A stretch of 64,000 bases of DNA from Candidatus Heimdallarchaeota archaeon (GCA_011364965.1 RDOB01000004.1:197003-261002), one strand, 5' to 3'. Positions 50,694 through 60,420 are shown, counted from the first letter of the stretch. Notes: generated from the letters alone by a model not told the origin. Numbers and translations are program-made.

Positions 50694-51938
50694 CTAATGC
50701 TCTATCTCATAACGTAATATAGCACAAATGCCTCCAAAACTCTGAATTTGTCTACCTTCTTCTGTTGTGTCACTGATAATTTCAGTTCTTGCCCCAGTCT
50801 CTTCAGCTAAATATCCCAGATTCAAAATTAAATCTTTCTTTTCAATGTCCCATTTAAGAGTATTACACTTCGGACAGGAGGTTTTTTGAATTTCAGATAT
50901 ATAATTACTTTCTTCTTCAAATTTAATCGTTGCTTCTTGGAGGAAAGAGCAATTTAAACATGTACTTTTCATCCGTAATAGATTCAAACCCTTTGATACA
51001 AGTAATGTATCGACCGCTCCCATTTTAAGATTCTCTCGAACCTCTTTTTCACCATAATTTGCTTTATTTGCCATCATAGCATCAAGAAATTGACGAACCA
51101 ATTTCTTCTCTTCCATAATTGAAACTCCTTCTAATAAATCTTGAGATTCTGAGACTAATTCACGGATCCCACTTTGATCTCCTCCATATCCTAAATCCTT
51201 TATCCCAATCAGTTTGTCTTTTAGGCGCTTATCAAAGTATTCAATCACTTGTTCTTTTATTTGACCAGGTCCTCCAACGATAATTCCTTTTAAATTCTTA
51301 TCAGGGGCTTCAATAAAGAAATTTTTTAATTCATCAGCAACTCTTTTCATAAATCGAGCTACAGCTTCCTCTCTTAATCTAGCAAATCGAACGCTACTCT
51401 GGCCACCTTTTCTGTGTTTTTTAGCTGCTCCACTTCTTGTAGATTTAATGATTTCAATATTTCCTCCCTTTAATGTAGCAATAGTAGCTTTAGCTGAATC
51501 AATAGCAAGCAATGCATATAATTCCTTTTCAACCATCCGATCTAAAAGGTGTTCAACATGAAAACGGTTATCACAAACGTAAAGTTTTCGTGAAACTGGT
51601 TCTGGAGGTTCAAAAACATAGGATTCGATTTTAAAATCCTTATGACCTGAATCAGATGTGGCACCAGCGAAAAAAACAATTCCAGTTGAAGGAGATTTAT
51701 TACCATATAGTTTCAACTTGCCAATGACTGTGCGGAGTGCGCTAACAACATTTTTCTGAGTGAATTTACTACGAATGTTAGTTGCTGTACCTATCTCTTC
51801 GGTCAGCTCTTGAACAAAAGCAGCGATGGCACGATCAGGAGGAACATAGAGAGAGATAAGACATGTACTCCCATCTGGAGATTCCTTTTTTTGGAGATCT
51901 GTCAATTCTTTCTCATATTTATATTGTTTAAAGCTCAT
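50694..51938 (-). CDS. prf1: Peptide chain release factor aRF1
   Basis: LISLYVPP, TATNIRS (NIKS variant), YVCDNRF, KGGQS, YGEKEV, GGICAILRY. Confidence 0.96.
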   Translation of the reverse strand: MSFKQYKYEKELTDLQKKESPDGSTCLISLYVPPDRAIAAFVQELTEEIGTATNIRSKFTQKNVVSALRTVIGKLKLYGNKSPSTGIVFFAGATSDSGHKDFKIESYVFEPPEPVSRKLYVCDNRFHVEHLLDRMVEKELYALLAIDSAKATIATLKGGNIEIIKSTRSGAAKKHRKGGQSSVRFARLREEAVARFMKRVADELKNFFIEAPDKNLKGIIVGGPGQIKEQVIEYFDKRLKDKLIGIKDLGYGGDQSGIRELVSESQDLLEGVSIMEEKKLVRQFLDAMMANKANYGEKEVRENLKMGAVDTLLVSKGLNLLRMKSTCLNCSFLQEATIKFEEESNYISEIQKTSCPKCNTLKWDIEKKDLILNLGYLAEETGARTEIISDTTEEGRQIQSFGGICAILRYEIEH

Positions 51939-51999
51939 TTTGCATTCCTAATTCCATATATCGTCTGGATTGCCCAGTATTTCTTCTTTAACAGCGATG

Positions 52000-52989
52000 T
52001 TAAAAAGACCCGGGATTTAACAAAGCGCTTTCAATCGCTTTATAGAAGGTGGAAAAGCTATTAATGAATTCATTAAATGTTATTTGCTTCCAATCAGTGA
52101 GAGGAGAATATTCAACGAAGTCTAATCGCAATATTTTCGCTGAACATCGATTACAAATCATTGAGAGTATTTTTAATGTTTCTCTTATTTCTTTGGATTG
52201 GGTTTCAACACTTTTTATTTTCTGTAATCTAAAAGATTCAAGATCAGTGAAGTAGCCAAGAATTTCTCCCAGTTGAACGTTTGAATCCGAGTTCAACTCT
52301 TTATATTCCTCTAATTGTTGTTCAAGATTCATAGAATGTCCGATTATTAGGTCTCTATGCCAAAAATTTGCATAACCCATGAATGGATTCCGAGAGATCT
52401 GATAAAAATCTAGATCTATCGTTACATAAATATATTTCTCCTCAAGCCATTTAATAAACCCCTGATTCTGAATCAATCTAGATAGCTGATATTCTGAAAA
52501 TGCAAAATTTGAGAGATTATTTAATTCATTTGAAGAATCTCCCCAAAGTCCTATTACGACTGTTCTACTGGCTAGATTTTTAGTAATCCATGCATTGTGT
52601 ATATTATGGTTGTCTCGAAAGTCAAGATGGGCATCTAGAGTGATAATCCCAAAATTTTCGTCAAAATGCTTTAAATAATCTCCAGCAATGAATTTAGCAG
52701 GAGCGTGAGAGGGTGAAACATTGAGTAATTTTGGGGTTTCATTCCAAATATTAAAAGGGAGGTCATTATAGGATCGTGAGTTTAATACTTGATTGTGGGG
52801 ATGCTTCTTAAGGTAATTATGTAACTTTAGATAAAAATCGGGGGCAATGATGCCCTCAAACTCAAGGTTAGGATATTTATTTTTCAGGAATCTTATTTTT
52901 TCGAAAGCCCAGTATTCTTCAGCCCAGAAGTTAATAACTCCATATGTATTGGGAGGAAAAGCAGGAAAAACCCTATTTTTAGATGGCAT
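52000..52989 (-). CDS. Divergent arginase/ureohydrolase-fold protein
   Basis: LDAHLDFRD, YVTIDLDF, DFVEYSPLTD; start placed at ATG 52989 just after the pyrH stop. Confidence 0.6.
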   Translation of the reverse strand: MPSKNRVFPAFPPNTYGVINFWAEEYWAFEKIRFLKNKYPNLEFEGIIAPDFYLKLHNYLKKHPHNQVLNSRSYNDLPFNIWNETPKLLNVSPSHAPAKFIAGDYLKHFDENFGIITLDAHLDFRDNHNIHNAWITKNLASRTVVIGLWGDSSNELNNLSNFAFSEYQLSRLIQNQGFIKWLEEKYIYVTIDLDFYQISRNPFMGYANFWHRDLIIGHSMNLEQQLEEYKELNSDSNVQLGEILGYFTDLESFRLQKIKSVETQSKEIRETLKILSMICNRCSAKILRLDFVEYSPLTDWKQITFNEFINSFSTFYKAIESALLNPGSF

Positions 52990-52996
52990 TGTAGGG

Positions 52997-53677
52997 TCAT
53001 CGATTTTGAATGATTGTACCCACATTCTTCCCCTGAATCGCATCCTTAATTTTATCTACATTATTTGAACAAATAATGATTTTTATATTAGATCGTTCGC
53101 AAATCTTGGCAGCTATTAATGTAAATGGAGCATTTGATCCTGCTTCTAATGATAATGGTGAAACAACCTCATAAAATTCATAATAGGATAGCTGGTCAAA
53201 TTTTTTTGCTTTAGGATGCTTTTTGGGATCTTTCTCATATATTCCATCAACATTTGTTATATTAATCAACATAGGACTCCCAAAAAGATCAGCAAGTATT
53301 GCTGCATCCTCATCAGTCTTGATAGCAGGAAGAAAGCCACCTGATAAGCCGATATCGTGTTGTTGAAGCTGTTCTTGTAATTCTTTTTCAGTAGAAGGTA
53401 ATAGAGGGGAGCAATGACCCTTAAAGTAGAAAGAAAGCAACCGTGCGTTTACCCAAGTGGCTGCAATCCCCATGTAATCCCGCTCGCCCTCAGTTAAGCC
53501 ATCTGGTAATGCTTGAATATACTGACGAGCTACGATCCCTCCACCGCAAACAATCATAAACCTAAATTTGGGAAGTAACGCAATAATAGCATCTGCAAAT
53601 GATTGTAAGAAATTCTTATCAATTTCACCTGGGTTGATAATACTTCCACCTAAAGAGATAGTTATTGTTGGTTTCAT
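52997..53677 (-). CDS. pyrH: UMP kinase
   Basis: ISLGGS, VCGGGIVARQYI, DYMGIAAT, GGFLP, TNVDGIYEKDP. Confidence 0.92.
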   Translation of the reverse strand: MKPTITISLGGSIINPGEIDKNFLQSFADAIIALLPKFRFMIVCGGGIVARQYIQALPDGLTEGERDYMGIAATWVNARLLSFYFKGHCSPLLPSTEKELQEQLQQHDIGLSGGFLPAIKTDEDAAILADLFGSPMLINITNVDGIYEKDPKKHPKAKKFDQLSYYEFYEVVSPLSLEAGSNAPFTLIAAKICERSNIKIIICSNNVDKIKDAIQGKNVGTIIQNR

Positions 53678-53841
53678 GGAAATAGGCTCCAATTCTAATA
53701 ATAGGATGAATTAAGATTTCAAGAAAATCACTTTCGATTTATATCTAAAAAAGATGTCCTCTCTTCAGCTCTTTTCTAAGGGGATATTAAAACTGAGGCA
53801 TTTTAAAAGCAACTTGAAAAATATTGAATTAGAGAGAGAAA

Positions 53842-54001
53842 TGCCGCGGGTGCGAATTTCAGGTACTGAGGTTACCTCAATTTACCATTTGAACGCACGG
53901 CAACTGGATATCCAATCCTAGGATCACCCTAGATCTTCAGTCCAGCGCTTACGGGTCGCTACCGTCATAACGGTGCATCTCCCGGGCTAAGCTACCGCGG
54001 C
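53842..54001 (-). tRNA. tRNA-Phe(GAA) with three introns (22/23: 53950-53978; 37/38: 53910-53934; 59/60: 53856-53887)
   Basis: Removing three BHB-bounded inserts gives a 74-nt cloverleaf GCCGCGGUAGCUUAGCCCGGGAGAGCGCUGGACUGAAGAUCCAGUUGCCGUGCGUUCAAAUCGCACCCGCGGCA. Confidence 0.88.
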
Positions 54002-54194
54002 TTGGTGTTATAAACATTCATGAGTTTTCTTTAATCTCTCAGCCTGGCCTTTAACCAGCTTTTACTCAGCAGCTCATGAAATTTATTTTAATTTTTCCTT
54101 TGCATACCTATTTTTTTACTTTTGTGATATTCTAAAAACAGACTGCTAATATCTCTAGGTGCTTAATACTTCTATAATTTTTGTGGGATTGTTT

Positions 54195-54383
54195 CTAATC
54201 AATCCTACGTCGATTATTAAAATTCTTGGTTTGCCAAGAATACCGTCGAAGTTTCGGAGCGGGAAATCCACAATAGGCACATTGACCTTTTCGTTTATGG
54301 TAACTTCGATTTCCACATCGACGACATTGCATATGTGTTCGTTGGGAGGTGCGTTTTCCGCGTGCTGCTGTTCCTTTAGTCAT
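54195..54383 (-). CDS. rpl37e: 50S ribosomal protein L37e
   Basis: MTKGT, CRRCG, CAYCGFP, RRYSW. Confidence 0.96.
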   Translation of the reverse strand: MTKGTAARGKRTSQRTHMQCRRCGNRSYHKRKGQCAYCGFPAPKLRRYSWQTKNFNNRRRID

Positions 54384-54424
54384 TATTTACACCATTTTTT
54401 CATTATTAATTAAAATATAGAGAA

Positions 54425-54661
54425 TTATGGAGGGGAAATCAGAATAACATTATCTCCACGAAGGATAATATTTCCTAAAGCTTCCACTTTTTGCTCCTCC
54501 TCATCTTCTTGAGGGGGATAGATCATTTCAGCGTCTTCCAGATAAAGATTAAGATGGGGATCATAGCTACGTAAAATCCCGCGGACTTCTCGCTGACCAC
54601 GCACCTTCAAAATGACCATTTTGCTAAGTGCACCATTTAATACATCTAAGGGTCTGCTCAT
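54425..54661 (-). CDS. Sm-like (Lsm/SmAP) protein
   Basis: RPLDVL, GILRSYDPHLNLYL, LRGDNV; upstream of rpl37e as is usual in archaea. Confidence 0.95.
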   Translation of the reverse strand: MSRPLDVLNGALSKMVILKVRGQREVRGILRSYDPHLNLYLEDAEMIYPPQEDEEEQKVEALGNIILRGDNVILISPP

Positions 54662-54715
54662 AGTTAATCACTAAGTCGTGTTTGTATTCTTGGGAAAGAT
54701 CTCCAGAGCGAATAA

Positions 54716-54898
54716 TGCTCCGATCGGGATTTTCAGAAAGGAGAACACATCTCGATTCCTTTGAACCCGAGTCCTACCGCTGGTGGTCTTCTTCTGGAAT
54801 TTCCAGCAAAATCCGACCAGTGTCAGGGCGAAAGCCTGAAATGATTGGCCGAATGCCTCACATGGCGCCATTCTTGGGCCAAGCTACACCATCGGAGC
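54716..54898 (-). tRNA. tRNA-Glu(TTC) with three non-canonical introns (21/22: 54845-54874; 44/45: 54774-54821; 59/60: 54730-54759)
   Basis: Spliced 75-nt cloverleaf: acceptor GCUCCGA/UCGGAGC, anticodon arm UCAGG-CUUUCGC-CCUGA, variable CGAC, T arm UCGGG-UUCAAAU-CCCGA; BHB cores GGCC/GGCC, CCUG/CGGU (relaxed), UUCA/UGAA. Confidence 0.85.
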
Positions 54899-55134
54899 CC
54901 TCTTTGGGACACAGTATTCCAACAGAGTTTGTTTCAACTTTCTCATGTGGAATCAGGTACTCCTTGCGCTAATTCTGGCAATATCACCCGCCTTGTTTCA
55001 GATTAAAAAGGTTTATTGCAGTCTATTAAATCTGGTTCAACTTATTGTTAAAACTCAGATTTAAGTCAATTTTCGATGGTTTTTCTAAGGGAAAGAAGGG
55101 CTTTTATTAACTGTAATTCTTGGGTTCTTCTTGA

Positions 55135-55524
55135 ATGGTCTCTGTATTATGGACGTTGAATCTATTGGTTTCCTTAAAAGCACGCAGAAGACAGCAAAGA
55201 TCGAAAGATAAAAAGCAAAATCTGTTGATCGGTCGTGAAGCGACCAATTTTCTCTTGAATGAAAGTTTAAAATTGCGTGTAGTGGATCCAGAACGAAGCA
55301 AGCAATTATATTCAGATGCAAGGAAACTAGCTGAACGGGGACGATTCCATCTTTCAAAACGGCATAGAATACTATTTTGTAAAACTTGTAAAACACCATT
55401 CAGTAATCAAACAGTAAAAGTGCGTTTAAATTCACAAAAAAAACAAATTCATTATCGGTGCTTAATTTGCAAATCAGAAAAGCGCTTTGGGTATAGCAGT
55501 CGGAAAATTATTGGTGAAAAATAA
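55135..55524 (+). CDS. rnp4: RNase P protein component 4 (Rpp21)
   Basis: FCKTCKTP...VKVRL...YRCLICKSEKRFGY; start uncertain. Confidence 0.85.
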   Translation: MVSVLWTLNLLVSLKARRRQQRSKDKKQNLLIGREATNFLLNESLKLRVVDPERSKQLYSDARKLAERGRFHLSKRHRILFCKTCKTPFSNQTVKVRLNSQKKQIHYRCLICKSEKRFGYSSRKIIGEK

Positions 55525-55844
55525 TGTTTGTTGCAATTTATTCAACTTTTGAATCGATGAAGGAAGCCAAATCCTTGGCTAGATATTTGGTTGAAGAAAA
55601 ACTTCTCGCGTGTGCAAATTTAATATCTAATGTTGTTTCAATTTATTCTTGGGAAGGTAAAGTCGAAGAGAGTACTGAGATCGTCTTATGGGGCAAAACT
55701 CAAGATCATCTGATTGATAGAATTAAAAAAATTATTGAAGAGAGACATTCCTACTCTCTACCAGCATTAAGCGTTTATCCGATTACGACAGGTAGTGAAG
55801 CGTATTTGAAATGGATCAAATCAGAAACTTTGATTAAGACCTAG
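55524..55844 (+). CDS. cutA: Divalent-cation tolerance protein CutA
   Basis: LLACANL, SIYSWEG, HSYSLP, YLKWI. Confidence 0.92.
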   Translation: MFVAIYSTFESMKEAKSLARYLVEEKLLACANLISNVVSIYSWEGKVEESTEIVLWGKTQDHLIDRIKKIIEERHSYSLPALSVYPITTGSEAYLKWIKSETLIKT

Positions 55845-56875
55845 ATATCAATTGTTACCAGAAAATTGTGTTCCTGTTTGTAAGTCTCAATAGATACATC
55901 GAAAAATCTTTGAATTATACTGATATTTGTTTTTAAATGATTAGATATATATGGAGTGCAAAATACGCTTGAAGATGTCGCTAGAGCTAGTATTGGAGTA
56001 ATCTGATCTGCTAATAACGGATCAACGGCAGCTTGTGCATCCAACGTATTAATATACCGCTTTACTGCACCCTCTCCAACTTTCTCTGCAGGAAATCTCT
56101 TTTCACCCACAAAATCTCCAGCTAGTGAGGTTTTGCCTATTTGCGAATAAATTAGAACTCCTGAACCTGGATTATTTGCTTCAACATAATAATTTGTAGC
56201 TGATACATCAATTCCCCTTTCATTTAGGACATGTGTAATTGAAGAAGTTTGCCTATCAGCAACTCGTGCTTTTCTAAGACTATTTGAAGCATAAGATGCA
56301 ATAACAGCACTTTTCGGATTATTAAAATGAGATAAATCAATGCCTGTCAATGAAGAGGGGGGATGAAAAGTCGCTTTTATCATCGCACCTCCCCTAGGAT
56401 AAAATCCATGCCTTTCAACGGTCATTTCTATATGGTAATTCAATTGTCTAAAAATATACCAGGTAACAAGGTCAATATAAGGAATGCTTGGAGCCCATTT
56501 ACCAAATGTAGCGCCACCATGACAATTCACCTCAAGCTGGTGGGATGAGGCTCCTAAAGCAGCTAATTGGATTGATTGAAGAACTAAACCCAGGCTCCCT
56601 GCAGTAGAAATGGTCAGATTTAGCTCGGATTTCCAATTATCCCCAGGAATAAAAGTAATCGATTCAGATCCAATAACTGCATCTTTTAATTGCCCTCCAC
56701 AGAAATCTGCAAGAGCATTAAGTCCAATAAGATGTTGTGTTTTGAGGCCAGGGGTTGGTCTTTTTTTACGTATATTTATTATTCTAACAGGTTCTTTTGA
56801 AATAATTGCAAAAGCAGTTGCTAAGCGAAGGATTGCCCCTCCACCTTCTCCTTCACTTCCATCGAATTCCTGCAT
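55841..56875 (-). CDS. rtcA: RNA 3'-terminal phosphate cyclase
   Basis: DGSEGEGGGAILR, RPTPGLKTQH, GFYPRGG, LADQ, SNHLKTN. Confidence 0.93.
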   Translation of the reverse strand: MQEFDGSEGEGGGAILRLATAFAIISKEPVRIINIRKKRPTPGLKTQHLIGLNALADFCGGQLKDAVIGSESITFIPGDNWKSELNLTISTAGSLGLVLQSIQLAALGASSHQLEVNCHGGATFGKWAPSIPYIDLVTWYIFRQLNYHIEMTVERHGFYPRGGAMIKATFHPPSSLTGIDLSHFNNPKSAVIASYASNSLRKARVADRQTSSITHVLNERGIDVSATNYYVEANNPGSGVLIYSQIGKTSLAGDFVGEKRFPAEKVGEGAVKRYINTLDAQAAVDPLLADQITPILALATSSSVFCTPYISNHLKTNISIIQRFFDVSIETYKQEHNFLVTIDI

Positions 56876-56995
56876 TTTTTCACCACTCAGCTAGAGGGGA
56901 TTTGTTTATAGAAGATAAGATCTCAAATAAATAAAATAAATTCCTACACGTACATGAACAAAAAAACATCAGGGTTGAGTAACCATGTTTTAAGT

Positions 56996-57157
56996 TTATC
57001 CCGCTCGTTCTTTCCGTTTGGGTCTTAAGCGTTTTGAACGACATATACGGCACTTTGTAGCTTTTGGAGGATTTCGTGCATAGCACTTTCTACAAATCAT
57101 CATGTCTAATAATTGGGCACGAACGATCTCTCGCTTCTCTGGGTCGGTGATTGGCAT
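56996..57157 (-). CDS. rpl40e: 50S ribosomal protein L40e (absent from the ORF track)
   Basis: Manual translation MPITDPEKREIVRAQLLDMMICRKCYARNPPKATKCRICRSKRLRPKRKERAG. Confidence 0.95.
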   Translation of the reverse strand: MPITDPEKREIVRAQLLDMMICRKCYARNPPKATKCRICRSKRLRPKRKERAG

Positions 57158-57792
57158 CGTAATACGGTCCTCTTTACTCGTTCATTTAGAACACTAAAGT
57201 TAGATACTGGATTTAAACACAAAGGTTGAAATCTGACTATTGGGAGAGTATTTTATGAAATTTAAATTCTTTCTTAGTGACTCTATTGGTGAGTACCACT
57301 TGAGAGAGATATCATTAATCTGTTGATATTTGCTTTTATAGAATTTAACACGATTTCCTTTCGTACTCCGTACCTTTTTCGTATTATAGGGATGAAATAT
57401 TGAATTTAACTGGAGAAAGGTGAATTTTTTCTCCAAACTTGCCGACTCAATTCCCGTTTTCGATCTCATAATATAAGCTGTCCTAAAAACCAAGTTCCCC
57501 AAGCTTAGAATTCATTTTTCTGAAAAATAGGTGAATATATTTAGAAAATATACATCTAAGTATTTTAATGCCGAAAATAACGAATAATCATAATAAATGA
57601 GATTTTGGTCGGGTTTTTAGCCCCCCACCATTTCGAGTCGATAATATTCGATTTAACGACAAAAAAAAAGAATGAGTTCAGAACAGACAACTATAGGTAT
57701 GTTAGTCGGTCCTTACTATTTCCAGAAAATCTTAATATATAAGTGAAAACAAGAGGTAACATAGATCAGAAATTCAGAAAAGGTGTAGCCCC

Positions 57793-58081
57793 TATGCAGT
57801 ATTACATGAGTGTCTCAGAAATCCAAGATCGTGTAAAAACATTAATTGGCCATTTAACAGGAAGCTATAACGCCAAATCACCATTCTTTAACCCCAAACT
57901 CGCCACAGCACTCCAGAAAATGGTTGATCCTAACTTACTTAATAACGAAAAAGTTGTTGATGAAATTATTACGGCGTTTTTAAATTCAATTATTTTAGCA
58001 GGGCAACTGGGTATTGATATCGAAACGAAAATCAACGAATACCTTATTCAATTAGAGAGAGAAGCATTATTTGCTATGTAA
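57793..58081 (+). CDS. Hypothetical helical protein, possibly a degenerate MazG-like fold
   Basis: EIITAFLNSIILAGQLGIDIE resembles the MazG C-terminal helix; acidic metal-binding motif not evident. Confidence 0.6.
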
Positions 58082-58150
58082 GCCATTATAAAATAAGAAA
58101 TGTAATTTTATCTCTGAATTTCATTCTGATTTTTATAAGACGACTTTTAA

Positions 58151-59251
58151 TCAAAAGAATAGAGCAACAACTGATTCTAGGTTCGTAATACCCAAAATTA
58201 AGATGCTTAACACCCCCAATGTAAGGAATAGTAAGCCTCCAAAAATCGGAAGAGGTAACCCCGGTAAAGCCCGTTCTTTCTGAAGTAACTTAAAAGTTGC
58301 AAATACACCAATAAAGAGTCCAATGAGTGCTGTTATTAAGGGAAAGGGATTGGCTAGCTCATATCCGATTACTACCGCTGCGCTGATTAACATACTAAAG
58401 AAAGCAAAATCACCCAAACCAATATTGATCAAAGGGGTTGAATATACAGGTAGTGCAGGTAATAAGGGAACTTTTTCGTATTTCACACCTGATTCAGATT
58501 CTGCTTCTATCATCTCCATAGATGCTTCTGCAGATTCTCTTCCATGATCGATAATACCCTTTAAGGGGCCTCGAAAGACAGCATATATGTCATAAAGAGA
58601 AAGGCCAATTAGAATAAGAAATGCAGTCAAAAGTCCCAAATGAATAGCCATCATTGATCCAATCATAGCTCCAAAGAACATCATCATAATGTTTCGAATC
58701 CAGATGCGATCGAAAGTTTGAATAGCAAATGAAAATGTTCCCAGAATGGCCAAAAGAAGTGCAAAACCATATAAAAATATTTCTACTACATAAACTGGCT
58801 GTGAATCAATCGTTATGGACCATTCAAAGAAATTGTTGATAGCTGATTGAAGGAAAGAAGGTAAAATGTTCCATATTAAATTTATACTTTCAATTAGAAG
58901 GATACTACCATAAAATAATCCAAAGACAAACCAAGAGAATCCCATCAAAGCAGCAAAGAAATATACCAAGAATTGCATGAATCCTTTCTTAATAATGAGT
59001 AAAACAACAAGTCCTCCAAGAAACGCTAGCCCAACATAAAATAACATATTAAGTAGAGCTCCTTGGGCAATTCCGCCCGGATCAGAGGGATTTTCGGGAA
59101 TTGGGGATATATCTGGTGGTTGTTCATCGATAGCTTGATAAAAACTTAAAGTAAACATGGAGAGAACGATCGCAATTAGAATAACAATGATTATGGGCTG
59201 AATAAAGGCTCGAAAACGTCCGTCACTCTCTGAAGCTGTTGTGTTACTCAT
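58151..59251 (-). CDS. Presenilin-family intramembrane aspartyl protease
   Basis: LSLYDIYAV..GPL, PALPVYS, IGLGDFAFFS, LPGLPLPI; about 9 TMs. Confidence 0.92.
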   Translation of the reverse strand: MSNTTASESDGRFRAFIQPIIIVILIAIVLSMFTLSFYQAIDEQPPDISPIPENPSDPGGIAQGALLNMLFYVGLAFLGGLVVLLIIKKGFMQFLVYFFAALMGFSWFVFGLFYGSILLIESINLIWNILPSFLQSAINNFFEWSITIDSQPVYVVEIFLYGFALLLAILGTFSFAIQTFDRIWIRNIMMMFFGAMIGSMMAIHLGLLTAFLILIGLSLYDIYAVFRGPLKGIIDHGRESAEASMEMIEAESESGVKYEKVPLLPALPVYSTPLINIGLGDFAFFSMLISAAVVIGYELANPFPLITALIGLFIGVFATFKLLQKERALPGLPLPIFGGLLFLTLGVLSILILGITNLESVVALFF

Positions 59252-59329
59252 TTTTCTGTCAAGAGGGTTTTTTACAGTTATGTATTAAATTAGATGTTGA
59301 AACGGAAACGAATTGGGATTGGAATATAG

Positions 59330-60316
59330 TTGACATCGCTTAAATCAATAGGAGAATTGGAAATTATTCACCTGCTACAACCTTTTTTAGACCACATGGT
59401 CCATTTAGATAATAATGAGGACGCATATGTGATAAATGATATCCCCCCATATATTCTCATGAATGTAGATTCGATGTCTAGAGCATCTGACTTCCTACCT
59501 CATCAAACATGGAAACAAATTGGCAAAAAACTAATAACAAGTACTTTTTCAGATATCGCGGCAAAGGGGGGGCTTCCCACCTGTTTTCTTTCCTCCTTGG
59601 TTTTGGAAAAAGATATGAAAAAAGCTGATTTTATAGATCTTATAAAAGGCATAAAAAGTGCTTTAAAACGGTATAACGCGAAATATTTTGGGGGAGATTT
59701 AGGAACTGCAGGAGAATCGACATTAACGGGGATCGGAGTAGGTATCGTTGAGAAAGGAACAATTTTAGCTCGTAAGAATGCAAGAAAAGGAGATCTAGTT
59801 TGTGTAACAGGTGAGTTTGGATTAACTTCTCTAGGGTTTAAACTACTGTTAGAGGGAGAAGAAAAAAGTATTTATCCAGAATTTTTAACAAAAAAAGCAC
59901 TTCAACAGCTGTATGAGCCTGAACCCAGAATTCAAGAGGGACTTATATTAAGTAATACGCATTTCAACCATGCATGCATAGACAGCTCAGACGGATTAGC
60001 CATATCTTTACATTGGTTGACTCAAGCGTCAAATGTAGGTATTTTGGTAAATCAACTACCCCTAAATAAAGACCTAACTGAAATTTTCACATCACCACAA
60101 GAGCGGATTGAATTAACGATGTACGGAGGGGAGGAGTATGAGTTAATATTCACTATTCCAGAAAAATGCGTTCAAAAAGTCAAATCTTCATTTGAGGAAA
60201 AGGGATGCATATTTACTGTGATTGGAAAATGCATAGATAAACCTGGTGTCTATTTCAAAGAAGGAGATAAAAAAATCTCCATAGAAAAACGAGGGTGGGA
60301 CACATTTAGATACTGA
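59330..60316 (+). CDS. thiL: Thiamine-monophosphate kinase
   Basis: IGELEII, SDIAAKGG, GGDL, VCVTG, IDSSDGL, GGEEYELIFT, GWDTF. Confidence 0.93.
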   Translation: MTSLKSIGELEIIHLLQPFLDHMVHLDNNEDAYVINDIPPYILMNVDSMSRASDFLPHQTWKQIGKKLITSTFSDIAAKGGLPTCFLSSLVLEKDMKKADFIDLIKGIKSALKRYNAKYFGGDLGTAGESTLTGIGVGIVEKGTILARKNARKGDLVCVTGEFGLTSLGFKLLLEGEEKSIYPEFLTKKALQQLYEPEPRIQEGLILSNTHFNHACIDSSDGLAISLHWLTQASNVGILVNQLPLNKDLTEIFTSPQERIELTMYGGEEYELIFTIPEKCVQKVKSSFEEKGCIFTVIGKCIDKPGVYFKEGDKKISIEKRGWDTFRY

Positions 60317-60347
60317 AAATATAATAACAGAAAGAAAATAAGAAGAA

Positions 60348-60420
60348 TGCGCCGACCGGGATTTGAACCCAGGTCACCTGTGTGGCAGACAGGAGTCTTA
60401 CCAGACTGGACTATCGGCGC
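60348..60420 (-). tRNA. tRNA-Gly(GCC), intronless
   Basis: GCGCCGAUAGUCCAGUCUGGUAAGACUCCUGUCUGCCACACAGGUGACCUGGGUUCAAAUCCCGGUCGGCGCA. Confidence 0.93.

Noticed and set aside
51769-51780. aRF1 NIRS instead of NIKS as a sign of an altered genetic code
   Set aside because: The motif varies among archaea and all three stop codons terminate genes in this window
53722-53749. TTATATCTAAA resembling a XerA dif right arm
   Set aside because: No matching left arm at the 6-bp spacing
54671-54972. 66-aa and 96-aa ORFs
   Set aside because: Explained by the GC-rich triple-intron tRNA-Glu
54900-54990. Possible hairpin sRNA or 12-codon ORF upstream of tRNA-Glu
   Set aside because: No clear C/D or H/ACA boxes; insufficient evidence
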